DNA of 64,000 nucleotides, taken from IMG/VR virus record IMGVR_UViG_3300032245_000936, positions 48,658 through 112,657 of that record; one strand, written 5' to 3'. The number at the start of each line of letters is the position of its first letter. Position 1 is the first letter of the stretch. Made by a program: the position numbers and the translations under genes. This DNA comes from a virus. Shown piece by piece: positions 19,301 to 34,300 of the stretch. A model generated the notes under the pieces. That model was not told the DNA's origin, did no database searches, and saw only the letters and a program-made list of their open reading frames with translations.

Positions 19301-22300
19301 ACTGATATGTATTGGTATTCGTTTGCGGCAGGAATGACTCCAGAGAATGCTGTTCTTGCCCACTGGTTACCTGTAGAACTTGCATCGTTGTTATTTGATG
19401 CAGGTGTTAGACGCACAGTATCAGGTGAGTTAAACAGTACCGCAACATCGGGTGTTCCTGGTTTATGGAACGCGGCCAGTCTGTCTACTGCGTTGTCAAC
19501 ATCCGAGCCTGACAGTTTTTGCACAACTGCATCATTTTGGAAAATGTTCAAATCCAAAGTAACAGTGCCAAGAATTGTCTTTAACACTCTATAAGGTGTA
19601 CTAAAGGACGGAACTGCCTGGTCAGGCAAATTGTAAAATACCGATGTCTTAACGTCTGGAACCACAACAATGTCGCCCACGTGATAGGTTGTGTAGGGCT
19701 TCCATGTGCGAACACTGGACGAGTATGTTATTCTATCAAAATTCAATATTGTGGTAATTGTACGCACAGTTTTGCTAGAATTATCAACGGTAGTGTTACC
19801 AGTCAATGACACCAACTCTGCATAGGCTTTAGCACCAGACCCACCGCCGCCAACAAATGTAATTGTTGGAGCACTGGTAAAATACTGACCTGGCGAAGTA
19901 ATTGTTACAGAAACAACTTTTCCATCAGTATCTAGTACCGCTCGTGCGCTGGCACTAACACCACCGCCACCAGATATTCTAACCAATGGGCGTTGCTTGT
20001 AGCCTGATCCTGAATCAGTTACTACGATGCGCTGAATTGAATAACGGTAGTTCTGGTACCAGTTCTTCCACACACCGGCATTGACAATCGCTAAATCTGT
20101 GGCTTTTGTTGGGTTCAATGATCTTGTTGTTCCTCGTACAGGATCGTAGTAAGCAGGAAAATCAAAGTCAGCAATAGCGTTATAACTTTCATCAAGCCCT
20201 TCGTAGTCAAGTAGATAGTCTCTGAGTTGAGTTCTATATGGTTTGACTTCGTTGATATAGCTTTGATAGTAGTCTTGTTGATCCTTGATATAACTAGCAA
20301 ATTGTTCGAGTTTACGAATCTTTTGTACCACAGTAATAAAGCTGGTCTTGAACAACCAATCGGCATTTTGTTGCTCACTGAGAATATAGTTTACTAGTGC
20401 AAAGAATACTTTGTTTAATTGCACACGGTTGTCACCAATGAAGATGTAATTAAAAATACCATTGATAATATTTCTAGCTTCAATGGCCAAGCTCTTGGAG
20501 AATCCGGTAGTATCAAAACCTGGATTGTCAAAGCCCACTAAGCTCTTGGTGTTGTCATACAAGCTGGAATTCAGTTGTATAGTTCCGTTTTCTGCGCCAA
20601 CCAATGTTGGAGTGATTATTCCGGCTGAGTCTACTGCCAACTGATATAATTCAAAATTACCACCAAAGTTTGTTACTTTTAGGATATCGCCATCGACAAC
20701 TTTTTCTTTTAGTGTTTCTATATCGTTGTAACTATTGATAATATGATTAACTTGAATATTATCATTAAATGTGTCATTGATATACCAGTTTGCATAATTC
20801 CAATAGCGTGTGCTATCGTAGGACTGAATACGTTCTAGTGTAAATGTTTTGTCTTTTGCTGTGTAAAAATAGATGGTCCAGAAACCACTATAGTCTGCGT
20901 CGGTTTCCACTAGCACACGGAATCCATCAAACAGGTCAGCTGGAGTAAAGTATGCCAACGCATCTTTAGTAGTTACTCTACTATCGTAGAATCCTAGGTT
21001 TTCCTGAGGAATTGCCTCAGCTAATTTTAGCTGTGTTAGATCGTACTCTTTGGCTATTAGATACTGCTTGAAGAATTTGTTTACAAACTGTACCAACACG
21101 CGAGTGCCAGCGGCCTGATCTTTAAGCATACTCTGACGAGGACGAAGAGAAATACCCAGTCTGTCAACTTCTCGAAGTTTTAGATCGGGTACCACGTCAC
21201 CAGTTAGGTTCTCACCTGCTAGGCTATCAATCAACTTGTTGATTAGTTTTGTTGGAATAGCACTTAAAGGATTTCCTTGCTGTACCAGTTCATACTCACT
21301 GTGTGCAATGTTGTTATTCAACACCTGAGCATACTCAATACGTAGTATCGAGTCTTTGCCCGAGATAAACGGCTTGCTGTTGTATACCGCAAAAGTATTG
21401 GTACTCAATGCCGCAATATATGGCAATTCTTGTTTGATTGGATTCTGAATAATATCCGAAATAGCAGAAATGCTATTGATACGTTTTGTCTTGGCGGTGT
21501 CTACAGATACTTTATCCGTTACCCAGTAATAGTATTTGGTCTTGACCAATCCAGACTGAGTGTCAATGTAGGCTACTTCAACATAGGCAGAGTCGTTAGG
21601 ATACTTAGGAACTCCGTCGCCGCCATTGGCCACATAATCGCTTGGTAGGTATTGACTTTCGACCCACTCTAGGATTTCAATGGTACTACCTGGGAACAAT
21701 CCGCCCCATTGGCTAATACGATAGGTAAGCTCACCCTGTTCGTAAGTTATGTAGCGGCAAGCGTCTAGGTTCCACCAAACTCTTCCAATCTGTACATCAT
21801 TCCAATAACTAGTAGCATCAATGTTTACTGTGGTATCTGTGCCTTTGTTATAAAATGCTGGGTCATAGCTGGTCTTGTAATCAATGTCTTGATCTGCAAT
21901 ACCCAATATTTTTCCCTTGGCTGGATCATAATAGTCAAACGTACTCAGTGCTACTTGTGTCTTTTTATTGTATGCTGATACTTTGTTGATATAATCAATA
22001 TCAACCAGTTCAGATCGTGAACGCAACTTGCTCCAGCCTTTCTTGGAAGTTGGGTTGATAAACAAGTGCATCAAACCTGCTTGAGTGCTGTAGTAACTGC
22101 TATTAAAAGCACCAACCATAATTCTACCATTGTTGATGTCAACGGAGCTACCAAAATTATCGTTGAATTTAATTTTACTATTCTGTAGCACTTGGTTAAA
22201 CAAGAACTTACCTGGATTTTGTAAAGTCTCTCCGGGCACAGGTAGGTAATCGTAAACATACACCGCGCCAGAATTCTTTAGGGAATCAATAAAACGTGTG

Positions 22301-25300
22301 GTATCTCTGTCAAATATTGTGCCCTTGGCGTCAAATGTAACTGACGCCAGTGTAGCTGCCCCGTCGCTGGATATAACCAATGTTTCACCAGTCTGTCCAT
22401 CACAACGAATGACGTAGCCAAATTTTTCTGGTTGATCAAGTCTTGGGTGTTCAATCACCTGGGTCAGAGCATATACTTTAATTCCAGTATCTTTTAATCC
22501 AGTACCAACACCAGGCAAGATGTCTAGTCGTTTAATTGCCTGGGTACTAGTAACTTCAATACGCAATGGGCTACCATCATTGATAGCAATCGCACTGGCT
22601 TGGGTTGTGCGAGCACCAGTGATTGTAACTTTAGGCAAAGATGTGTACCCGGATCCATTCTCAATGATGTCATATGATTTGATTGCGCCATTACCACCAA
22701 AAATCTGAATATTCCCAACCAGTGCTTGTGTGCCAGTTATTAAATCTGGTGGCGCAACAGTAATAGCAACATTGGTACTAAAATACCCTGCGCCTCTGTT
22801 ATTAAATTCAATTCCTGATATACCTTCCACGCTGGACGTAACACCAATGATGTTCTGTGCAGAAATATCATTTAACACCTTTAAACTACTACCATTACCA
22901 GTGGCTGTGTCAATTGATCCAGATAATAACACATCAACATCATTGATACGTATTGTATCACCTAGTGTTGTAACTGGGTACAACTGTGTTGTCAAGGTTG
23001 ATCCATAGAACAAACCTTGATTAACAAAACGATACACTCGTCCATTGTAATAGTTTACATCGCGATATCCAGGAGCACCAATGAATATGCCTTGATTGTC
23101 TGGTGCCATCGCAACAGATTTACCAAAGAAGCCCTGGTACACAGGATCTACACTAGGAATATTCTGAATCAGGTTAAACTTGTTAATGTCAATCTTGATA
23201 CGCTGACCAGATTTTGGAGCTTCAAAAAAGCGCACGGTGAACCCAGAAGCAGTATAGTCAATGCCTTCACGTACTTCAAAGTCATCAAGGGTGACACGGT
23301 TTACCACGCCCAATGCCAGAGACGTTGTGAATAGTGTTTGGCCGCTACCTGTGCCTGTGTACACTTGATATGCTCTATCAAATACATATGATTTACCAGC
23401 TTTGGCTATAACTGTACCGCCTGATGGTTGTTCAATTCCTGTGTCAATTGATACCTCAGGAGCCCCGACAACAACCTGGTAACCAAGGTTGGTACATGCT
23501 ACCGCTTGCCCAAATTTTGAAATTCTAGACACTAATAAATTTTCAGTGCCAATTACAATATACTGATCTGCCAGATAGATGTAAATTTCGTACTGACTAT
23601 ACGTACCTAATTCTGCCACGTAGTTCATTACCTTGGCCAGTGTACCATTGGCAAGATTTGCGTCTACCATTTCACTATAGGTAGTATATGTATTGTTAAT
23701 AGATCTAGTTTGTGCTTCAAGATCGTGAATTGTTTGTACCAATGTTATCACCGAGGCATCATCATACAATGCTTTTAGTTCATCCTTGGTCTTCCAGGTA
23801 ATACGATCATCTGGTTCCAATACCGCTGCCTCAACATAATAAGGATCCAATGGTGATACTGTAATAGACGCTTCGTTGATAAATTCTTGAGTCAAGAAAA
23901 TAATAGTTGAGCCAATTACAGTAAATTCTCGACTTGGTACATACAAGCGTCCACTGGAACCTACTACAGAAATTGTTTCAACACCATTTGGTCGTTGTAC
24001 CAATGGATAAATTGTTTGGTACAAGTCATTTGCATCCTTTAACGGAATAATAGTAGTTGGCTGCGCCTGGCGTGTTACATAAACAGCAACTTCGCCTTCG
24101 ATGGCATCAAATGGGTCAACACTACCTGTAGGAGGAATGAAGGTTAAAATACCACCTGAGATTGAGTAGTCAAAAGCCGCCAAGAATACCCGTCCACTGG
24201 TGCCAACTACTTTAAGCACAGCAGGATTGGTTACATCAACAAAGTTTGTGACATAACTGTAGACTCGACGTTCTGCATCAATGTTAATCTTTAACTGACC
24301 AGTGCCTGGTGATTTACGTGCATACACATACACTTTGTTTGCACCTGGGGCGCCAACATACAACCACTTTTCGTCACGGCTACATGCTAGGCTTTCACCA
24401 AATCTTGCATTAGGTTCTAGATCAACAGGACTCAATACTTGTTTGTTGAGCCAGTTTGTTTTGAAATATTCTGATACTTGCACGGCGCCTCTGGCAGTGA
24501 AGCTACCTGGTGCGCTGGCAAATGTATAAGTGTAACCAATATCCACTGCGTGACCAAACTCAATTGCATCAACAGAGAACGGACGCAGGGTATTGATTGC
24601 TTCTAGGTCCAATGTGCCCACTGCACCTGGGCGAGTAAATGCTTTTACTGCACCTGTTGTAAAAATTGTTTCTAGCACTGCACCGGAACCTGTTCCATCA
24701 GGATCGTATACTGTTGCAACAGGCGCTTTGGCATAACCAGTACCAGGTAATAACGGATAGATTGTTACAGAGGCAATAGAATTGTCTGTTACACCCACCG
24801 TGCCAGTTGCTCCAACGCCAGTATCACCTGAATAGGCCTGTATTAAAAGTTTTGGTTCTTTGTAGCTTTGTCCTGGTTGTGATACAATCAAATCTTTGAT
24901 TGGTACAGGAGATAATCTAGAACGTAGAATTACTGGAGTTGGATTGGTAGTAATTAGATTAACAATTGGTGGTTCTGTATAACCAGCACCACCTGTTGCA
25001 ACTGCAATGGCTGTAATAGTACCAGAACTAATAGTCACTGCACCAGCTGTTGCTCCGCTGCCACCACCACCAATGATTTCAACTGACGGCACAGATGTAA
25101 ATCCGCTACCGCCGTCAATTACGTCAATGAAAGTAACATTGGTTGGGCTCAGTCGAGCGTTAATAATTCCGCCGGTACCACGTGTGAAATTTACAGCAAT
25201 TCCAGTATTTGCACTCAGTGTTCCACTTACTCTAACTTTGTTATTGTTAGAGAAAATCTGTTGAACGGTGATACCATCAGACACAAAAATATTGCTATAT

Positions 25301-28300
25301 CCATACTGTCCAGCTGTTAAGCTAATAGAGTCGCCAACATACACATTTGCCACGTTGCCAAATGTCATTACATCACTGAGTAGTGTATTAGATATTAGTG
25401 TGTGCGTGGTCCCATCAACTATGGTAATATTTGGTTGCAATTGGTAGTTTAGACCAATTGCAGTTAGTTGTGCATTGATTAGCGTTCCGCTTGAAATTCT
25501 AACGTTGGTGACAGGAGCATAGCCCCCTGCTACATCTGGGGTACTAATGAACACTTTGGTCAGAGGACCGTATCCGCTACCTGGGTTTAGTACACGCAAA
25601 CCTGAGATTGTTCCTTGACTGTAGCCTGGAGTTCCAGCTACATATAATCTGTTGTCAACGCTTATTCTTGCTGATGCACCGTAGCGTTCACCAGAAGAAA
25701 AATCGCCATCGCGGATTGGCATCAATTGGTTGAAGTTCCACTGTGATGATTTTTCAAACACTGCCCAGACACCATTGCTTATGTCATTGTCTACCCAGAC
25801 TCTGTCATTTTCTCGCCAGCCGTGTATTGGGGTAAACTTGGTGATATCACTGACCTGATTATAACGAACACTATCCATGACAAAGAATATGCCTTTGCCT
25901 TCGATTGTCTGCTGTTTTCTTAATCTCTGTAGATTTCTGTAACCTGGTACAATAACTGTAAACTGATCGGTAACTGTGGTAACTCTGTAGAATCCATTGA
26001 AGTCAGGATCGAATGATTTAAGCACAAACAAGTTGTTTACTTCAAGCCCGTGCGGAAGATCAAATGATATTTGAATTGTGTCTGCAACACCAATTCTTAT
26101 TTCTGTGATTGTGATATCTGTTTCTGTAGCACGATATACATTCCAGTCTTTGTTAAAGTCTTTAGCTACCCAAAGTTTGTATCCTGCACCAATCTGTTCA
26201 ACTAACTGATAGTAAGATGCAAAGTCAGAAATGTCATATACTGTGTAGTCTACATCGTCCAAGCGTGGATAACCCGCTGTCAAGTTATCGCTGATACGAG
26301 GAGTTACATCGGTACGTGCTCGCACAATCTGTGGATTGTATGTGTCTTCAGTGAATCTATAAACTGTTTCCGGAGTAACATTTACTGCATTATTTACTGG
26401 TGTTTCTCCGCGAGCCAATAGTACCACTGCGGTAGGATCATTAACAAATGTGCTTTCATCCAGCACAATTTCAATTGCCTGGTCTGAACCCAATGCGCCG
26501 TAATCACCAACGCGGAATCCCCACTCTTCGTAAAGGCTAATGTTGCTACCTAGATTATTAAAGTTACCGCGAGTCAAGGTAGTCACTGAACTTAGCGTAC
26601 CTTTTTGTTTGATAAACCCGTGATAGAATTTTACTTGACTTGTTTGATCCAAATCAAAATCTTGGAAGTAGTTACGTGCGCGATACCCAACTAGTCCTTG
26701 ACTAAATTGATCAAGTGTTGAGTCTGCAGGGTGATTATCTAGGTCGTAGATGTTGTTAAACTTCTGTGCGTTTAATGCAAAGTTTGGTAGCAGTCCAGTT
26801 TTAATACGTGACTTTTCAATTGGGGTCCATTTAGAGAAATCAAACTCTGCGGCTGCATTGACTTCTACACTTGCATAGTAATAGTTGTCTTTGAAATTGA
26901 CTAGGCTACCACGTCGATACTGTGTGCCCACTTGCCATATATCAACTTTATCGTTGTTATAGATAAACCCAGCTGGGTTTAGTTGCCCGGTCCAACTTCC
27001 GGTTTTGTTGCCAATTAGTTTTAATCGATACTGACGACTGCCTAGTTCTGGCACATAGATTACATCATTGAACACTGTGGTGTTGTCAAACACAACCACG
27101 TGTTCGTACTGTACTAGGTTAAGGTCTACTAGACCAAACGTCTGACCAAATATACTTTCCAGGGTGAATGTATTGTCTTCACGAGTGACTGTGAATTGGT
27201 TGTTCTTGATAATTGTGAAGTTCTGGTCTAGAACTTTGCTGCCGTTGAGTACATTTTCAACATGGTCAACAACACCATTTTTGTTTGTTACTTTGATAGC
27301 GTTGAAGGCCGGGCTTAGTACCAACACATTGCCGGCTTTCCAGCCTTGTTGGCTCCAAACCAGGAACTCTCTAGCACTTAATACCCAATCTTGCTTGATA
27401 GTTAGATCAATATTGTATTCATCAAATACAAAACCTTGTCCAATCAAGAATCGACCGTAGCTTACCAAGAAGTCAACAATTTCTTGTCGTGTGGTAAATT
27501 CGTAACCATATGGTACTGTGATGCGAGTGCGTTGGAAGTCTCGATAAACTACCGCAGTTTCGTTTAGTTCACTGATCTTATAAGCATTATTATTTGATGA
27601 ACTTGGAATAATTGTAAAGTATGGCGTAATTGTATCGTAGCCAGTTACTGTGTATCTGCCAGCTGATTTTTCAATTATCACTGCGCTATAGATTAGTCTG
27701 TTTAGCGGAGTGCCCTTGTTCAAGAAAATTTTGTAGTTTTCTTGAGGAATTACCACGCTAGAAGAATTACTGCTTGGCGAACTTTGATCGGCCAGGATCG
27801 TTAGGAACTTGCTGTCTGCAAAACCTGCCATTTTGTATCCTAATTTTAATTTAAAATTAGTGATATAATTTCTAAGTGTTTGGCTAGCTGGTAGTCCTTT
27901 GCTAACCAAGTAGTCTCTAATCCAGTTCACATACCCAGCTGTGAATGTTGTTGTTTCGTTTATACCAATGCCATCGCTAGGAATATCAAAAGACGTCTGT
28001 GTTACACGCTGTTTTGTAGTGGTCAACAACAACTGATCAATATCTCTGTCGCGGTAGTAGTTGTTGGTGTTAAACATACTACCAAAGTAGAATGCAGGTT
28101 TTGCCAATGCTAGTGCAATTTGCACTGCATACGGAAACGCACTACTACGGCGCCATGCGGTTTCAACTGGCCCTTGATCTCCAATGGACCAACTGGCTCC
28201 TGTGCGGGTACCATCAAAATTACTGACCACTAGTTTCTCAGGACTGAGCAATAGGCCAATATCATCTACTGGAATATATTTGTTTAGGCCTGGGCGAGCA

Positions 28301-31300
28301 AAACGTGTATCAACTCCTGCACGAGTACCCCGGGCAATACGTCCAGCTTCTAAGTCGTCCCATAGCAGTTTGTTTGCACCAGTATACGGAGCTGGGCCGT
28401 ACACTTCTGTCCACCATGTTGGCTGTTCACTAAAACCTAGCATCTCCCATGGTGCAGTATTAGGACGGTCGGTGTCATAGTAATGTTGATATACTGCTCT
28501 CCAGAATCCTGGCAAGAATTCTCCGTCGGCATCTTTGAGATAATGATAGTTCCATGACCATGAATTATTGGCTGCAAAGGTATCATTGCGTGTGTAGTTT
28601 AATTGATTATTACCTACCCAATTTAAGAAATTGCGTGTTAACAATCTATTAAATTCTGCAAGAGTGTATTCAGTATTGCGGAACTTGCCGGGCAAGTAAT
28701 CATATATGTCTAAGATATTGGCTTGGTAGTCAACTTTGATGTTGTTGTAGATTCGAAGTTCTAGCTCCATCAACAAACGATCACGTATGTCATTGAACAC
28801 AGGAGTTAGCGATCCGTCGTGTCCTTGGATCACCATCACTGGTACTTGATATGTAGTATCCTCAAACATTGTTGGAACATAACGTGGATATAAACCTAGC
28901 TTGGTAGGTGTTTCAGGAACATAACTACCAATAGTGCTTGGTCTTTCAACCACTAGCAATGTTTGTGTATAGGTTAGTTGTACGTGGTCAGCTAGATCAA
29001 TGGCCGGCAAGGTTTGATTAAATTCAAAATCAATTCCTTTAATCAATTGTTGATTAAGTCCAATAGAGTCATCGCGAAGATATACCAATATGCTACGACG
29101 ACTTAACTCCATGTCTTTGTAGATGTTTGGAATTTCGTAACGACGACGCTGTGTATTGATTATTTTTATTGGAGTATTAACTACTGCGCCACCCCATGGC
29201 ACCATGTCACTGTCATACCATGGACTGGTTGAGTTCTTGCCTACCATGACAGAAGTCATTACAACTTCAAACGCATCAGCAATGTTTGATGGTAAATCTT
29301 GTTTCAAGCATTGATCTAGGAATCGTTGCTTGAACCTAGTATATTCTTTTTGTGCATATTCTGCGGCTTCAACAAATCCCAATCCCTTGCTTATATTACT
29401 GCTAGTAGCCGACGAGTTTGCTTCTAGACTGCTAGTAGCAGAATCACCAAGCATGATTGCGGCATAGGTTCCAGGACTTGCATGTTGTACAATCGAGCCT
29501 TGCCAATCTTTAATATACAAATCTCTAGAATTATTTTTTCCTGCAACTGTTCCAGATAATCCTAGATGATTCTCACTCATATGAGTAAAGTGGTTACGCA
29601 TCTGTCCTAGGGTTAGTACAGTGAAATTAGAATTTTGTGCATTCACGTCAATGTTTGACGGAATCTCGTAATACCCCATGTTGCTCTTTGCTTTTGCATA
29701 GATAAAAATATCCACGTTACTTGCTGGTTTAACTTTCAACAATGCCTGATCAACAACCACTGCATAACGGCCGCCGTATTTGCGTAGTGTATATTGATCA
29801 CTGGAAATTTTGCTGTGATCAACATATACCTTGATATAAGGTATAGCCGCACTTGGCAAGGGCAATATATCAATTTCAAAATAATTGGTACGTCCATCAA
29901 ACTCATGATGTATAATTTGATACTGTTTGGTTTTTTCTTCGAGCTTGGTCCAAATATTTCTAAAAGCAAATGTTCCGTTGACTCGTGTTTTTAGAAAATA
30001 ATTGTTTACATTGCGAGAAACTTCAACTGTATCCAAATTATAGCGGAATGTGTCAATATCAAAGTCATTGTTGAACTGTATATCTCCAACGTTTTGGAAA
30101 CTGCGATAGCTCAACGGGAACCCTAGGAATTTGTCATTAGCTCCTGTTCCTACTTTGTATGAGTATACTTTTGTGCCTGCAAACTTGCTACCTGGATAGT
30201 AGTTTGAATCTCCGACAGAATTTCCATCTTTGTCAAAAATATCAAACAAAGGTGACTGATTATAATTGTTTTTCTGCTGACCAGGAATCCACTCTTGTCC
30301 AGTGTAGTAGTACTGATTAAACAATGTGATCACGCCAGTTTTTAACTGTGCTGTTGCAGTTGAACCTGCAGTGGGTTCTGTCAGTAATATTGTATCACCT
30401 GCTTCGTAGGTGTCTGGAGTGGTATCACCATCGCTAGCAATAAAATTGGTTGCAGAAGTAATTTCTGCAATGGCTTTTGCGGCATAGGTAAATGTTGCTT
30501 CAATGGTAACAAAAGGTTCTTGAGCAATATCTAGAATCACTCGATACTGCTTTTCAGTTGCTGATAACTGTACTGTCTGTAAGTCAACTACCTTAGGAAC
30601 ATCTGCGCCAGTGGTTAATCCAATGCCATTGGCGTTGTAGTTACTGGTCACTGTTGCGCCAATTTCAATACCATCATGATCTGGAACGATCAATACTGTA
30701 CCACCAGCACAGTCAGTGAATTTGGTCACTGCTGGAATTTGTGGTGTTATAGTGATTCGAGGTGCAGATGTATATTCTGCGCCAGGGTCAGTGATGTCAA
30801 TTCCAACAATCTTAGATGGAGCAAGTTTTGTAGTAACTACTGCACTAGTAGAAAACTTCAACGGAATATTCTGTCCAAGAGTAATAACAGAATTAACATA
30901 CACAATACTACTGTATTGATCAACGCTGGTCACGCGAAGATTGTCTGGCAACGATCCTGCAAGGTCTGTCACTGACATACCGGCTTGAATCCCCATAACA
31001 GTGTTCAAACGCAGGCCAGTCTCTGTAGCATTTTTACCTAACAACACTTGATTTACAATGTAAGATGTTTTATCAGAGCCAATTGGCTGTGACGAAGCAA
31101 ATTGTTCTTGTGTGAAGAAACGATTCTGTGCAGAGAATACAACTTTGCTACCAGCTGGTAGATCAATTGGCTCGCCGTCAGCATCACGAGCATCAATGTC
31201 ACCAGTTAACACAACCTGATTATCAGCCACCGCCAGTACTTTTAGAATATTCGCATTGGACAGATCCACGTCCATATAGAACTGATATGTGTCTGGATTT

Positions 31301-34300
31301 GGTCCTGTTACCTCAGTTTCAACATACGGAGTTCTAGAGAAGTCAGCATAGTAGAAACCACCAGTGGCATTTGGTACTACCAAGAAAGCCAACCAACCTG
31401 GTTTTATATATTGTACGTCTGTGTAGGAGTCAAAGGTTAAAACTCTTGATCCGTAAGCAGAAGCTTCTCCGGTGGCAACTTCTACATTGTTAATCACTGT
31501 GGTGATAATGTCTGTGCCCAAGCGATATCCAGAACCCACAGATTGAATTGTAAAGTATTCAATTGTGTTATTGTTCAGAATTGCTGTTGCAGTTGCTTGT
31601 GCAGTGAGAATTTCTGGATTTGACGGTGGTGGTGGTATAGTCAAACTTGGGGCGCTGGTATAACCAGATCCAGGGTCATTGATAATCACTGTGTAAATTC
31701 CGCTACCATCGCCGTTGGCGCTGCCTTTTGCAGGAACGCCTAAGAAAACTAATTCTGTGCCTTGTTTCAAACTCACTGATTTGCTAAGTTGCAGAGTGGT
31801 GCTATCAATAATTCTTATTACTCTCGTGTCGTAGGGCACAGTATACCCCGAGGTGTATCCACCAGAAACATACTCAAAGTAACTACGACCGTCAACTGGA
31901 TCAGTGAGTCCAACATCGCTGTACAAGTTAATTGTTAATGTGTCAACTACATCAACATAATAACTGTTGTTGTTTAACTGTGTGGTTCCGTTTACACCAA
32001 TAATGGTCACTAGATCGCCATTGACAAACCCATGAGGATTGCCCGGACTTGTGGTAATAGTAATTGGTAATACCACCGCAGAAGTGGTATACAGGAAAAT
32101 GTTTTGAATTGGAACAGGAGTTGATCCGCCCACAAGTATCATGTTACGCATGGTATATTGTGTGGTGTCAACTTTGATCTGAGTTTGGTATCTCACTGTC
32201 TCTGACACAATTGAAACATTTCCAACGTTGCTCTTGAATGTCAATGGCACTGTGAGTGTGTTGGCATTAGGGCCTGGTTTAGCCTCATCAGCACCAAACA
32301 AACGCACAGGAATGCTGAGTGTGATATTTCCCGAGATTCCATTTACGGCAGAAACTTTTGTTCCACTAAGAATATTAGGTGCATATACAAACCAATTTTG
32401 TGCTAGCCCAGACGGCACTGCATCCAAAGTGATAGTATCTGAAGTCACAAGCCCGTTGGCAAATGCGCTAACAAAAGTATTTGCTTGAGCTGGATTTGGA
32501 GAGCTGAATATGACATCGATGTTTTGTGCTGAATACCCTGCGCCTTTGTCAGTGATACGAATATAATCAACATACTTGAATGCGTTGTAAACAGGAGTAA
32601 TCACTGCCGGAGTATCGTATGTTGTTGAAATTGTTACTGTTGGTTCAGCAATGTAGTTTAGTCCAGAGAAATTTACATCAATCAAATTAACGCTGGTTGG
32701 TGCAGCCAGGGCCACGCCTTGTGCAGTACGAGTACCAATACCAGGAAAAGGTGAAGTAAATGTCACAGTTGGAACGGTGGCATAGGTTGGTGCTGTGGCA
32801 TAATTTGTTCCGCCACTGATCAATTCAATTTGCCCAACATAGCCTGTGCCTGTTAGATGAGCCACTGCATTGGCTCCAATGCCTTTGCCTTTGTTTACAA
32901 AAACAATAGTAGGTGTTCCACGGTAACCTGCACCTGTATTACCAATGATAATATTAGTAACAGTTCCTGTAATAGGATCTATATTTGCTGTGGCAGTAGC
33001 AGGGTATATTGGATTACCTCCAATAACAGCAACCTGTGTGTCTTGGACCATGGTGGCGCCTGACACATAATAGCTTGGGGCTGTTTGTGTATTCTTGCTT
33101 ACCAAATGAATCTGGGTCTGCTGACTAGTGGAAATAAAATCAACTTGCCAAATTCTATTTCGTACATCTGGATCCAGATCATTGGCAAAAATAATACGTG
33201 TTCCACTGGTCAGCTGACGTGTGACGCCATTAGGAAGTCGCACTATAAATTCTGTTTTACCTTCAACTTGGCTAAAGGCATCTGTAACTGTGTAGTCAAT
33301 TATGTCAACTGGTGCTTTTGCACGACTACCATGGTTGAACAGCATAATGTCTGCTTCAAATTCAATAATAGGGCGGCGAGCGCGAGTGTCTGCAAACTGC
33401 TCAAGTATGGTTGTATCGTTATTATACTTTGCGGTCAATGTCAGCAAGTCAGTGTGGAACCAGCGGTTACTGCGCGACCATGCGTTTAAATCTGAACTTG
33501 CACGATTGATAGTAACATAATCAGGTGTGGTTACTAATGGATTAACGTATTCCTCAGGTATAATCAAATTACCAACAGGAACCAATGTAATTGATCTACC
33601 AACACCTTCAACAATGTATAATCCATTAGAGTAGATAGCTGGAACAACAGTTGAGTCAAATCTTATTTTTAGCCCATTAGTAAACTTAACGCCATTGGGA
33701 CTGGTATAAACAGGTTTGCCAATAATATCTGTTTCAACATCAAGTTGTGCAAAGTCTGGTTCTACTAAACGAATAATTCCAGAGTACTTGCCGTCTACAC
33801 CATCCTGGTAGTAAAGAGTATCTAATGTTGCAGTGATTGGACGAACCGGTTCCCACTTTTGTCTTGAATTCTTAAAGAATGTAACACCAGAGTTTGCTTT
33901 ACCGGCTTTTACAAATACTTTTTGTCCAACATTAACCTGACGAATAGGAACCAATTGAATTACAAAGCGGCCGCCACCAGTATCAAAAGTACTGATGCGG
34001 AAAATATCTTGTCTATTCTCTTGAGGAATGTATACTGGAGCATCTTCACTGTCAAACGGACGGAAATCAAACACACCAGGATCAGTCCAGTCTTCGTTGT
34101 TGTCGCTAGGATTTAAAAAAATCAAAGTACGGTCGCGCAAACTTTCTGTTACGCCATCAATACCACCAGCGCGGACCAGATTTGAATTCAAATGATTTTG
34201 CAGTTGTGCAAAAGTCAAGGTAGTGGCCAAGTCAACATCGGCAACTTTCTCAGCTGAGATGTATGCGTCTTGAGCATTGGTATTTGGTACACGGAATGTA